A stretch of DNA of 64,000 nt from Rhodospirillaceae bacterium (GCA_018660465.1 JABJKH010000041.1:6650-70649), one strand, 5' to 3'. Positions 45,191-54,810 are shown, numbered from the stretch's first letter. Program-made: numbers and translations. The notes: generated by a model from the letters alone, not told the origin.

Positions 45191-46330
45191 ATGATACAAC
45201 GCCTCCTCCCCTTCCTCCCCTTCGCCATCTGGATCGGTCTCATCCTGTTCAGAGGCAACTTTTGGCGCTCGGATCAAATTACGTCCGGAGAAGCCAAAGA
45301 CTTGGACTCATGGCCCAACGTCACCGCTGTCATACCGGCGCGCAACGAGGCCCCTTCCATCGGGGCGACGGTCGAGACCTTGTTGGCGCAGGATTATCCG
45401 GGCTCCCTCTCAGTCGTAGTCGTTGACGACAACAGCGACGATGGCACGGCAGACGTCGCACGTGCCGCCGCAGGAGATCGGGCAGACAAACTCACGGTCG
45501 TCAGCGGCAAGCCCTTGGAAGCTGGATGGAGCGGTAAGCTGTGGGCCGTAAGCCAAGGCATCGAAGGCGCCACCACGTCCGACTACATTTGGCTGACCGA
45601 TGCCGACATCACGCACACGCCGGGAAACCTGCGCTGGCTGGTGGCCAAGGCGGAGGTAGAAAAACTCGATCTGGTTTCCGAAATGGTCATGCTGCGCTGT
45701 GAAAGCTTTTGGGAGCGCTTGCTGATCCCGGCCTTTATTTTCTTTTTCCAAAAGCTGTATCCCTTCCCCCAGGTTAACAACCCGGACCATGCTGTCGCCG
45801 CAGCCGCCGGCGGTTGTGTATTGGTCAAGCGGAAGGCCTTGGCAGATGCGGGCGGCATTGCCGCGATTAAGGACAAGTTGATCGACGATTGCGCCCTGGC
45901 GGCGATCATCAAGGCTCGCGGGCCGATTTGGTTGGGCCTGACCGAACGCGCGCACAGTTTGCGAGTCTATAATCATTTGAGCGAAATCTGGCACATGGTC
46001 GCCCGCACCGCGTTCGTGCAGTTGGATCATTCGGTCCTGCAACTGATCGGCACCGTCGTCGGCATGGCAATCATTTATCTGGCGGCACCGATCATGGCGA
46101 TCTGGAGCGGCATCACGGGAGATGAACTTTTAGGGCTTGCCGGCGGTGGTGCTTGGCTGGTGATGGCGATCACATTTTTGCCAACGCTGAGACTGTATAA
46201 AATGAACCCAGCCTGGGCGATGGCGTTGCCGCTGGCCGGGTTGATTTATACAGCCATGACCGTTGATTCCGCTCGCCAACATTGGGCCGGGCGCGGCGGG
46301 GCCTGGAAGGGGCGGAGTTATAGTTCTTGA
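45191..46330 (+). CDS. hpnB: Hopene-associated family 2 glycosyltransferase (HpnB-like)
   Basis: N-terminal TM, then the GT2 motifs VIPARNEA and VVVVDDNSDDGT, then C-terminal TMs. It sits inside the hpn cluster. Confidence 0.7.
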   Translation: MIQRLLPFLPFAIWIGLILFRGNFWRSDQITSGEAKDLDSWPNVTAVIPARNEAPSIGATVETLLAQDYPGSLSVVVVDDNSDDGTADVARAAAGDRADKLTVVSGKPLEAGWSGKLWAVSQGIEGATTSDYIWLTDADITHTPGNLRWLVAKAEVEKLDLVSEMVMLRCESFWERLLIPAFIFFFQKLYPFPQVNNPDHAVAAAAGGCVLVKRKALADAGGIAAIKDKLIDDCALAAIIKARGPIWLGLTERAHSLRVYNHLSEIWHMVARTAFVQLDHSVLQLIGTVVGMAIIYLAAPIMAIWSGITGDELLGLAGGGAWLVMAITFLPTLRLYKMNPAWAMALPLAGLIYTAMTVDSARQHWAGRGGAWKGRSYSS

Positions 46331-46370
46331 CCCGTGACGTTCAGTAAAAGGTGGTGTATCCATACTCGTC

Positions 46371-47237
46371 ATGAATGAGATAGCGACAAATACTGAGATC
46401 GAGACTGATCCAGCAGCCCATGCAGAAGAAGTCGTGCGCCGATCTGGCTCATCATTCTTCTGGGCGATGCGGCGCTTACCGACGGAAAAGCGTCAGGCGA
46501 TGTATGCCATCTATGCGTTCTGCCGCGAAGTCGATGACATTGCCGATGATCCGGGCGAGGAAGAAACCAAGCGCTTCCAACTTGGTCAATGGCGCGGTGA
46601 AGTCACCCGCATATTCGCCGAAAGTGCCCGCCTCCCCACGGCCAAAGCCTTGATCCAACCCGTGGAACGCTACAACCTGCCGCAGCAAGATTTCCATGCC
46701 ATGATCGACGGCATGGAGATGGATGCTGGCAACTCTGTGCGCATTGCCAATATGGCTGAGCTGGAACTTTATTGTGACCGGGTCGCGTGCTCGGTTGGGC
46801 GCATGTCGAACATGGTTTTCGGTATTGAAAAAGAATTGGGAGACAAGGTCGCCTTCTCCCTCGGTCAAGCACTGCAACTCACGAACATCCTCCGCGATGT
46901 TGCCGAAGACGCCGAACGCGACCGGCTGTACCTGCCCCAGGATTTGCTCATCGCCCACGGCATCGACAGCACGAACATTGATGAAGTGCTGACCCATCCG
47001 CGCCTGTCGGATGTGTGTGAGCTGTTGGCTGAAGTCGCCAAACGCCGGTTCACGGAATCTCGCGAGCTCTTAGCACAGTGCAACCGCGTTCAAATGCGCC
47101 CGGCGATCATGATGATGGAAGTCTATGATGCGATCATGAAACAGTTGTTTGTGCGTGGCTGGAAAAATATCGATATCCCCGTCAAGCTGAGCAAAGTCAA
47201 GAAGCTGTGGGTCGCCTTCCGCTACGGCATGTTGTAG
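46371..47237 (+). CDS. hpnD: Presqualene diphosphate synthase HpnD (squalene/phytoene synthase family)
   Basis: SSFFWAMR, YAFCREVDDIADDPG and NILRDVAEDAERDRLYLP motifs. Confidence 0.8.
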   Translation: MNEIATNTEIETDPAAHAEEVVRRSGSSFFWAMRRLPTEKRQAMYAIYAFCREVDDIADDPGEEETKRFQLGQWRGEVTRIFAESARLPTAKALIQPVERYNLPQQDFHAMIDGMEMDAGNSVRIANMAELELYCDRVACSVGRMSNMVFGIEKELGDKVAFSLGQALQLTNILRDVAEDAERDRLYLPQDLLIAHGIDSTNIDEVLTHPRLSDVCELLAEVAKRRFTESRELLAQCNRVQMRPAIMMMEVYDAIMKQLFVRGWKNIDIPVKLSKVKKLWVAFRYGML

Positions 47238-47241
47238 CACG

Positions 47242-48489
47242 GTGGCTGGCCATATTCATATCATCGGGGCTGGGGTGGCAGGGCTTTCGTGCGCTGTATC
47301 CCTCACCGAACGAGGCGAGTCTGTAACGCTGTATGAAGCCGCCGGCCACGCCGGTGGGCGGTGTCGTTCCTATGAAGATGCGGCTCTGGGTCGGCGCATC
47401 GACAACGGCAATCACTTGTTGCTGAGTGGTAACAGCTCAGCCATGGCCTACCTGAAAATAATTGGTGCGTCCGATAGCCTGACAGGACCAGAGACGGCAA
47501 GCTATCCTTTCGTCGATTTAAAGTCCGGCGAACGCTGGACCGTGCGCCCCAACAAGGGGGTGCTGCCGTGGTGGGTGTTTTGTGAAAACCGCCGGGTGCC
47601 AGGAACGAATGCCTGGGATTACCTGAAGGCACTGCGTCTGGCACTTGCCGGCAAGAACGACACACTCGCCAAATGCCTCGGCAACAGCGGCCCGCTGTTC
47701 GAGCGGTTTTGGGAACCGTTAGGAGTTGCTGTCCTGAACACCGATGCGAACGAAGCGGCGGCGGCGCTCTTGTGGCCCGTCATGAAAGAAGCTTTTGGCA
47801 AAGGCGAAGACTTCTGCCGCCCGCGCATTGCCCGCGAAGGCTTGAGCGAAAGCTTTGTTGACCCTGCCCTCGCCTATTTGAAGGGGCACGACGCGGACGT
47901 TAATCTCAACACCCGGGTCCGGACAATCACGTTAGACAACGAACGGACAACATCCTTAGACTTGGGCGACAAAACGGTGAGCTTGGACGAAGATGATGTC
48001 TTGGTGCTTGCGGTACCGCCTGCAGTCGCGTCTTCGTTACTGCCCGACCTTACCGTTCCTCTGGAAACCCGGGCGATTGTGAACGGGCATTTTATTTTGG
48101 ACGCGCCCAGAAGTGACGAGCTCAGTTTCATGGGCCTTGTCGGCAGCGTCAGTCAGTGGCTGTTCGTGCGCGGTGAAGTCGCCTCGGTCACGGTCAGCGC
48201 CGCAGATAAGCTGGCCGAACAACCCGCCGAAGAAATTGCCGAGACTCTCTGGAAAGAGGTTGCGAAAGCCCTGGAACTGGGCGATAAGCCCCTTCCGGCG
48301 CACCGCATTGTTAAGGAAAAGCGCGCGACTTTTGCGCAAACGCCGGAAGACGTTTCGAGACGACCAGGCCCTGTTACTGCCTGGTCGAATTTGTTTCTGG
48401 CAGGAGATTGGACCAACACAGGCCTGCCCGCTACCCTTGAAGGGGCGATTAGGTCGGGCCGAATCGCTGCAAATAGAATCACTCAATAA
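47242..48489 (+). CDS. hpnE: Hydroxysqualene dehydroxylase HpnE (FAD-dependent amine-oxidase fold)
   Basis: IIGAGVAGLS dinucleotide-binding motif at the N-terminus and LAGDWT near the C-terminus. Its position between hpnD and shc supports the call. Start codon is GTG. Confidence 0.8.
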   Translation: MAGHIHIIGAGVAGLSCAVSLTERGESVTLYEAAGHAGGRCRSYEDAALGRRIDNGNHLLLSGNSSAMAYLKIIGASDSLTGPETASYPFVDLKSGERWTVRPNKGVLPWWVFCENRRVPGTNAWDYLKALRLALAGKNDTLAKCLGNSGPLFERFWEPLGVAVLNTDANEAAAALLWPVMKEAFGKGEDFCRPRIAREGLSESFVDPALAYLKGHDADVNLNTRVRTITLDNERTTSLDLGDKTVSLDEDDVLVLAVPPAVASSLLPDLTVPLETRAIVNGHFILDAPRSDELSFMGLVGSVSQWLFVRGEVASVTVSAADKLAEQPAEEIAETLWKEVAKALELGDKPLPAHRIVKEKRATFAQTPEDVSRRPGPVTAWSNLFLAGDWTNTGLPATLEGAIRSGRIAANRITQ

Positions 48490-48520
48490 GGCACTAGACT
48501 CTTGACAAACATGGACCTTT

Positions 48521-50623
48521 TTGGCCATTTTGAGAGCTTGGGACCAAGTGTTAAACGGGATTTACGGGGTCGACGTGAATTTATTAGACTCAGCACTGCA
48601 ATCCGATCGTTCTTCGGTCGTAGAGCAACTGCGCCCGGATCACGTCCAAAACCCCCAGCAAAACCCCCAGCAAAACCCCCAAAAAAACCCTCAGCAAAGC
48701 CCTCGGAATAACCAAGATCAAAATCAAAAAATCGACGCGATTATCGCCAAGGCCAAGGCCTGGATGGAAGACCAACAGGCCGAAGATGGGTCCTGGTCGT
48801 TTGAGCTGGAAGCCGACGTCACCATCCCCGCTGAATACATTCTTCTGAACCATTTCCTAGGCACAATCGACGACGAAATTGAAGCCAAGCTGGCAGAATA
48901 CATCCGCCGCACCCAAGGCTCACACGGCGGCTGGCCGCTGTATCACGACGGTGATCTCAACATGAGCGCGTCGGTAAAGGCTTATCTGGCACTGAAATTA
49001 ACCGGCGAAGACCCTGAAGCCCCGCACATGACCTGGGCGCTGAACGCCATTCGTAATCACGGTGGTGCTGAAAGGGTCAATGTCTTCACGTTGTTTGCCC
49101 TGGCGTTGTTTGGGCAAGTCCCCTGGAGTGCGGTACCGGTGATGCGGGTCGAGGCGATGCTGCTGCCGAAATGGGCGCTGTTCCATATCGATAAAGTTTC
49201 GTATTGGTCGCGGACCGTGATGGTGCCGTTGTTGGTCTTGGCGGCGTTGCGTCCCGAAGCCAAGAACCCGCGCAATGTCGATATCAAGGAATTGTTCCTA
49301 ACGCCGCCGGATGAGGTGAAAACCTTTCTGACAAACCCGACCGGCAGCTGGCTCGGCCGGGTGATGTTGGGGGTTGATAAGCTTGCTCGGTATGTCGAGC
49401 CCTTCGTGCCGCAATCTTGGCAGCAGAAAGGCATCGATAAGGCCCTGGTATTTATCGAAGAACGCTTGAACGGTGAAGACGGTCTGGGCGGTATCTTCCC
49501 GGCGATGGCCAATGCGCTGATGATGTACGATACGTTGGGCCACGATAAAAACGACGAAAAATGCAAAATCATCCGTAAATCCATCGACAACCTTTTAATT
49601 CTGCATGACGACTGGGGCTACTGCCAGCCGTGTCTGTCGCCGGTCTGGGATACAGGTCTTGGCGCGTTAGCGATGCAGGAAGCCGGCGTCACCCACGACG
49701 ATGAGCGCCTGCGTAAAGCCTGCGAGTGGTTGGTCAACCGACAGATCACCGAAGTTGAAGGCGACTGGACTGCCAACCGTGGTAATATCCGCCCTGGCGG
49801 CTGGGCGTTCCAATATTGGAACGACTATTACCCTGATGTTGATGACACGGCAGTCGTGGTGATGGCACTGCATCGCGCTGATCCTGAAAAATATAAGGAC
49901 GCCATTGACCGTGGTACGGAATGGATCATCGGCATGCAGTCCAAAAATGGTGGCTGGGGTGCCTTCGATGCGGACAACGAACATTACTTCTTACAGAACA
50001 TCCCGTTCGCCGATCATGGCGCGTTGCTGGACCCACCAACAGCAGATGTGAGTGCGCGCTGCATCTGCATGCTGGCGCAATTGGGCTATGACAAAAATCA
50101 CCCGGTGGTTAAAAAAGCTCTTAAGTATCTTCGCGCTGAACAGGAAGACAACGGCTCCTGGTTCGGACGCTGGGGCAATAACTATGTGTACGGGACTTGG
50201 TCGGTATTGAACGCCTATTGCGCACTCGGCAAAGACATGTCGGCACCGCACATCCAAAAAGCCAAAGACTGGTTGATCTCTTGCCAGCGGCCCGATGGCG
50301 GCTGGGGCGAAGACTGCGCCACTTATTGGCAGCACCGCCGCGATGAAGTTAAGACCAGCACGCCGTCACAAACATCCTGGGCAATGTTGGGCCTGATGGC
50401 GGTCGGCGAAGTCGACAATGACGCCGTGCACCGCGGTGTTGAATATCTACTGGAAGCACCGCGCAACGGCAAATGGGTCGAAGAATATTTCAACGCCGTC
50501 GGCTTCCCGCGGATCTTCTATCTCCGCTACCACGGATACAGTGGCTATTTCCCGCTGTGGACCCTGGCACGCTACCGCAATCTGATGGACAGCAACGATA
50601 AGTTCCCTAAGTTTGGGATGTAA
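48521..50623 (+). CDS. shc: Squalene-hopene cyclase with an N-terminal Q/N/P-rich repeat extension
   Basis: DGSWSFELEADVTIPAEYILLNHFLG, repeated QW-type motifs (GGWG...), and the catalytic DVDDTAVVVMAL (DxDD). The start codon is uncertain. Confidence 0.9.
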   Translation: MAILRAWDQVLNGIYGVDVNLLDSALQSDRSSVVEQLRPDHVQNPQQNPQQNPQKNPQQSPRNNQDQNQKIDAIIAKAKAWMEDQQAEDGSWSFELEADVTIPAEYILLNHFLGTIDDEIEAKLAEYIRRTQGSHGGWPLYHDGDLNMSASVKAYLALKLTGEDPEAPHMTWALNAIRNHGGAERVNVFTLFALALFGQVPWSAVPVMRVEAMLLPKWALFHIDKVSYWSRTVMVPLLVLAALRPEAKNPRNVDIKELFLTPPDEVKTFLTNPTGSWLGRVMLGVDKLARYVEPFVPQSWQQKGIDKALVFIEERLNGEDGLGGIFPAMANALMMYDTLGHDKNDEKCKIIRKSIDNLLILHDDWGYCQPCLSPVWDTGLGALAMQEAGVTHDDERLRKACEWLVNRQITEVEGDWTANRGNIRPGGWAFQYWNDYYPDVDDTAVVVMALHRADPEKYKDAIDRGTEWIIGMQSKNGGWGAFDADNEHYFLQNIPFADHGALLDPPTADVSARCICMLAQLGYDKNHPVVKKALKYLRAEQEDNGSWFGRWGNNYVYGTWSVLNAYCALGKDMSAPHIQKAKDWLISCQRPDGGWGEDCATYWQHRRDEVKTSTPSQTSWAMLGLMAVGEVDNDAVHRGVEYLLEAPRNGKWVEEYFNAVGFPRIFYLRYHGYSGYFPLWTLARYRNLMDSNDKFPKFGM
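48647..48705. repeat. 12-bp tandem repeat (CAAAACCCCCAG-like, about 4-5 degenerating copies) inside the shc 5' region
   Basis: Read directly from the sequence: caaaacccccag caaaacccccag caaaaccccca aaaaaaccctcag caaagccctcgg. In the shc frame it encodes NPQQNPQQNPQKNPQQSP. Confidence 0.85.
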
Positions 50624-50763
50624 TTGACGGGTTTGGTTTCTCCCGTTCTCTCCTCTTTTCGTTTCGCCCAATCAAATATAAATAGTTTTGTTGATCGTCG
50701 ACCATATATGTAAGATTGAGGCGAAATTTTAGATGAGCACATTCCTAATTGCAGTGGGGAAAA

Positions 50764-51531
50764 ATGCGTTTCTTAGTGTTAGCAGTTTTCATAATTTTCT
50801 CATTTGGCCAGCAAGCGATCTCAGCGGAGTCGGTTGTTCTGGTAACGCCGGTGAATTCCGTCGACACAGTGACGAGCGAGGTCATCCTAAGAGAAGCCTA
50901 CCGTCGTATCGGAATAAATCTGGTCATAAAAAAGTATCCAGCCGAACGCGCCCTTAAACTCGCCAACCAGGGTAAAGTGGACGGAGAAGTTCAGCGCATT
51001 AATGGCATTGCCGCTAAATATCCGAATTTAATCCAAGTCCACCCAAAGATAAACTTCATCGAAGGCGTTGTTTTTTCCAAATCTGTGACCTTCGATGTCA
51101 AGGGCTGGGAAAGTTTGCGCCCCTATCGAATTGGAATTATCCGCGGCATAAAATTCGCCGAGCGGAATACGGCCGGCATGAAAGTATTGCCTGCCGGAAA
51201 TTATGCCACCCTGTTCAAGATGCTCGATAGAAAAAGATTTGATATCATCGTTTCACCAAGTCTGAATGGACGCTACCAGATGTTACAGGCCGGAGTAAAA
51301 GGGTTACGCGAGTTGTCCCCGCCAATAATGCGGTTCGATCTTTTTCACTACTTACATAAAAAGAATAAGGCGCTACTCCCTAGAATTTCGAAGGTACTCC
51401 AAAGCATGAGAGAGTCTGGAGACCTTAAAAAAATCCGTCGTCACGTAAATATTATTTTATTGAAACGCGTCGAAAAACACCTGCCAATCTGCGATAAGGA
51501 CTATAGTTGTTTTGAGGGAAAGTCTGGCTAA
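50764..51531 (+). CDS. Periplasmic family 3 solute-binding protein (stand-alone)
   Basis: From the ATG at 50764 there is a signal peptide (MRFLVLAVFIIFSFGQQAISA), followed by a ~230-aa SBP_bac_3-like sequence. Confidence 0.7.
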   Translation: MRFLVLAVFIIFSFGQQAISAESVVLVTPVNSVDTVTSEVILREAYRRIGINLVIKKYPAERALKLANQGKVDGEVQRINGIAAKYPNLIQVHPKINFIEGVVFSKSVTFDVKGWESLRPYRIGIIRGIKFAERNTAGMKVLPAGNYATLFKMLDRKRFDIIVSPSLNGRYQMLQAGVKGLRELSPPIMRFDLFHYLHKKNKALLPRISKVLQSMRESGDLKKIRRHVNIILLKRVEKHLPICDKDYSCFEGKSG

Positions 51532-51568
51532 TTTTGGGGTAGATCATGTGGGCAGGGGGTTTGACGGA

Positions 51569-54373
51569 ATGAAGCGGCTTCTTTGCCCGGTGTTCATTCT
51601 GCTAGCGGGGGTGCTTGTTGCCTTTTCATCTTTGGCTATTGCCGCAGATAATACAAAGAAATCTTTAAACAAAATCATCGCGGCCATGCCGCAAAATTTC
51701 CCGCCTCACTATTCCATCGATTCATCGGGCCAACCTACCGGGTTTGCGGTCGACGTTATGAACGCAATCGCAAAGAAAGCGGGCATCGAAGTATCCTACG
51801 ACATCAAGGAGAACTGGAGAGAGACCCAAGGGGCCTTGAAATCTGGCAAGGCTCACGTAATTCCAAATCTAGGCATCTCAATCAAGCGCAAAGAATTTGC
51901 AATATTCACCACACCGCTGGAAAAATTTCACATTTCCATTTTCGTTAGTAAAGAGCGAACTGATCTCAAAAACCTAGCGGATATGAAAGGTATCATCGTC
52001 GGCGCCGTTGACGCCAATGTGGGGGCGCGGCTGCTTGCCAAAAGAACCGACTTAGAATTGCGCATATTCGCAACCTTTCACGAAGCCATGTTGGCGCTTT
52101 TGAGTGGTCGTGTAGAGGCATTGGCTTATCCAGAATCGGTCACTTGGAAGTCATCTCGTAAAATGAAGTTAGACGGTCAAATCCGTGTTCTTGCCCCTCC
52201 CCTTAAAACGATCAAGAGGGCCATTGCCGTCAGAAAGGATTTGCCCGAACTTCTGAAACGTCTGCAAGTCGCAATGGATGGATTCATCGGTTCTACAGCG
52301 TACAAAGAAATTTACTCCAAGTGGTATGATGCGGACCGACCGATTTGGACGGCGGACCGATTTCTTCTGATTGCCCTGGTCATTATGGGCCTGATCGTGG
52401 TGGGCTTTGCCGGATGGCCTCTCATTAACAGGGTGCGTGCCAACGCTTGGGCTCAATTGGCGGAGGACGGCAGCCAAGCCACAGAAAGGAATGAGCCGTT
52501 TAGGTCTCTGACCTCAAAACTATTGAGCATCTACGTGCCTTTGGTAACACTTGCCGCTGTCGTTTTGTTTTTATACTTGGAATTTCTTTTTTATCAGAAA
52601 GAACGTGACCAATTAATCTCATCGCTGAATAACGTTGTTACCATCCAGAGCCCAGCGTTCCAGGCAGCGGCATGGGAATATGATGTAGATCAGGTGCGCC
52701 AACTCCTTGGGGAATTTCTGCTTTTACCGCACATCCAAGGCGCTGTCATCTATGACACGGCTGGCGAAGTGATGGGCCAGGTGGGTGACATTAAAACAGA
52801 ACCCGAGATTCCAGAGTTCAGGGTAAATCAGACCCTGCTCTCTTCATACCAAGGTGTTAAGGAGCCGATTGGTCGCTTGGTTATGACGGTCAACAGCAAA
52901 CAAATCTGGCTCCGCGTATACGAACATCTTCAGGTTAACGCGATTATTTTGCTGGTCCTGCTCATCAGCCTTATCACCAGCACTTTATTTGCCGTCAGCA
53001 GGGTCATTGGCCGCCCCCTGCTCCAACTCCGCAATGCCATAGAACAAACCAAGCTGGAAAGTGTTAGAACCCCTGTGCAGTGGGAAAGCGGCGATGAATT
53101 GGGCCAGGTCGTTCGCGCCTACAATGAAATGCAGGAAAAGGAAGAGGCAGCGAAAAATGAAGTTAGGGAATACCAGGAGAACCTCGAAAATCTTGTTGAT
53201 GAAAGAACCCAGGAATTAGAACACAAATCGACCCTTCTCGAGGCCGTTCTGGGCAGCATCAATCAGGGTCTGGTCGCTTATGATAATAAATTGATGCTGA
53301 TCATTTCCAATAAGCGGTTCCAGGAAATTCGCGATGTGCCAGAAGAAATGACGCGTCCCGGATCAGCCTTCATTGACTGGGTCAGGTTCGATGCCGAACG
53401 TGGCGAATTCGAAGACGGCGATCCAGAGAAAGTCGTCCATCAGAAAATTCTCCAAGCCGAAAAATTCGTTGCTCACAGTTTTGAACGCAAAAGGCCCGAC
53501 GGTACGATCATTGAAGTCGAGGGCGGGCCGCTACCAAATGGTGGATTTGTTAGCACCTTCACGAACATCACGGAACGTAAGACTGCCGAAATCAAACTGT
53601 CTGACGCGTACAATGTAATTTCCGATTCAATTGATTATGCGGCCCGAATTCAACGTTCCGTCCTTCCCGATGACGCCTTGTTCTCCTCTCTTCTCTCTGA
53701 TCATTTTGTCTTGTGGGAACCGCGTGATGTCGTCGGCGGTGATATCTATTGGAGCAGAATGTGGGGCGATGGCTTCCTTATTATCTTGGGCGACTGTACC
53801 GGCCACGGCGTTCCCGGAGCCTTTATGACGCTGATCGCCACCGGTGCCTTAGACAACGCCTTGTCAGATGTCGCCGGGGGTCAGGTAGCGGAATTGATGC
53901 AGCGCCTTCACCAGTTGGTACAGGTCACTTTGGGCCAGTATGGAGAGAAAGGAGAGTCCGACGACGGCATGGAACTGGGCATCTGTTATGTCGGCCCTGA
54001 TATGGAAAACATGATATTTGTCGGAGCCCGGTTCGAGCTGTATCTGGTTCAAGATGGCGCGATCAGTATCATTAAAGGAACAAAAAAAGGTATTGGCTAT
54101 CACGGAATTCCCCACAACCAAGTATTCGAAGAACATGAAATTGTAAATTTAGCTGACAAATCTTTTTACATGACTTCCGACGGGTTGGTCGATCAGGTCG
54201 GCGGCGAAAAAAATCGAATGTTTGGAAAAAAACGTTTCCGCAATCTCTTGCTGGAAATACAAGATCAATCCATGAAAGATCAAAGAGACCGCCTACATCA
54301 ATCCCTAACCGAGTATCAAGGCGATCAAACCCGCCGCGATGACGTCGCGGTCATTGGGTTTAGGGTTGAGTGA
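51569..54373 (+). CDS. Membrane sensor phosphatase: periplasmic SBP3 domain, TM, second extracytoplasmic-like region, HAMP, coiled coil, PAS and PP2C/SpoIIE phosphatase
   Basis: Signal/TM, then an SBP3-like region (PPHYSID..G.PTGFAVDV), TM helices and a HAMP domain (RPLLQLRNAIEQ...). These are followed by a PAS domain and the SpoIIE motifs VGGDIYW, LGDCTGHGVPGAFMT and DDVAVIGFRV. Confidence 0.8.
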   Translation: MKRLLCPVFILLAGVLVAFSSLAIAADNTKKSLNKIIAAMPQNFPPHYSIDSSGQPTGFAVDVMNAIAKKAGIEVSYDIKENWRETQGALKSGKAHVIPNLGISIKRKEFAIFTTPLEKFHISIFVSKERTDLKNLADMKGIIVGAVDANVGARLLAKRTDLELRIFATFHEAMLALLSGRVEALAYPESVTWKSSRKMKLDGQIRVLAPPLKTIKRAIAVRKDLPELLKRLQVAMDGFIGSTAYKEIYSKWYDADRPIWTADRFLLIALVIMGLIVVGFAGWPLINRVRANAWAQLAEDGSQATERNEPFRSLTSKLLSIYVPLVTLAAVVLFLYLEFLFYQKERDQLISSLNNVVTIQSPAFQAAAWEYDVDQVRQLLGEFLLLPHIQGAVIYDTAGEVMGQVGDIKTEPEIPEFRVNQTLLSSYQGVKEPIGRLVMTVNSKQIWLRVYEHLQVNAIILLVLLISLITSTLFAVSRVIGRPLLQLRNAIEQTKLESVRTPVQWESGDELGQVVRAYNEMQEKEEAAKNEVREYQENLENLVDERTQELEHKSTLLEAVLGSINQGLVAYDNKLMLIISNKRFQEIRDVPEEMTRPGSAFIDWVRFDAERGEFEDGDPEKVVHQKILQAEKFVAHSFERKRPDGTIIEVEGGPLPNGGFVSTFTNITERKTAEIKLSDAYNVISDSIDYAARIQRSVLPDDALFSSLLSDHFVLWEPRDVVGGDIYWSRMWGDGFLIILGDCTGHGVPGAFMTLIATGALDNALSDVAGGQVAELMQRLHQLVQVTLGQYGEKGESDDGMELGICYVGPDMENMIFVGARFELYLVQDGAISIIKGTKKGIGYHGIPHNQVFEEHEIVNLADKSFYMTSDGLVDQVGGEKNRMFGKKRFRNLLLEIQDQSMKDQRDRLHQSLTEYQGDQTRRDDVAVIGFRVE

Positions 54374-54381
54374 CGGCACCC

Positions 54382-54786
54382 TCAATAAAGCGTACTCCCG
54401 TCCGTTGTTGATACATGCGCGCTAACGACTTTCCAGCCAACGTCCGGGAATTTGATCCAGGTTTGGGTTTGTCGACCGATAAGGTCTTGGCCGCGGACTT
54501 TGAATTCTAGATTGACGGTGGCTGTGTCATCACCAATTGTCAGGATTTCGAGCCGAATTCTTTTTTCCTTAATGCCGGGCCCTGGCTTTCGAGCGACGCG
54601 GAAAGCGTGGATGGCATCGAAGCCGTAGCCGTGTTCACCCATGGCGAGGCGCACGGTAAAAGGGCTGTTCCAAAATGTGTCGTCGAGAACGTCCACATTT
54701 TTCTCAACCAGTGCGACTTCATAAGCTTCGAATTTCTGGCGCACTTCCTCGACCACTTCGGGGATGTTGGGGGTGTAATCTTTCAT
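54382..54786 (-). CDS. NTF2-like AtzH/HpxZ-like (DUF3225) protein
   Basis: 134 aa. The F.AYE.AL...NV..LD..FW.SP.TVR....E..YGF.AI.AFR.AR pattern matches the family from memory. Confidence 0.5.
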   Translation of the reverse strand: MKDYTPNIPEVVEEVRQKFEAYEVALVEKNVDVLDDTFWNSPFTVRLAMGEHGYGFDAIHAFRVARKPGPGIKEKRIRLEILTIGDDTATVNLEFKVRGQDLIGRQTQTWIKFPDVGWKVVSAHVSTTDGSTLY

Positions 54787-54810
54787 CGTGATTCCTCTGG
54801 AAATTCAAAT

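Noticed and set aside
27376-48705. The tandem repeats at 27376-27450, 36874-36909 and 48647-48705 as possible CRISPR arrays.
   Set aside because: The units are 11-15 bp and directly abutting, with no spacers. Two of the three lie inside coding sequence, and no cas genes are present.
48502-48711. 69-aa ORF encoding PKPPAKPPAKPPKKPSAKP, considered as a small proline-rich protein or the true shc N-terminus.
   Set aside because: It is the alternative frame of the 12-bp repeat and terminates before the SHC core. Only the QNPQ frame is continuous with the cyclase.
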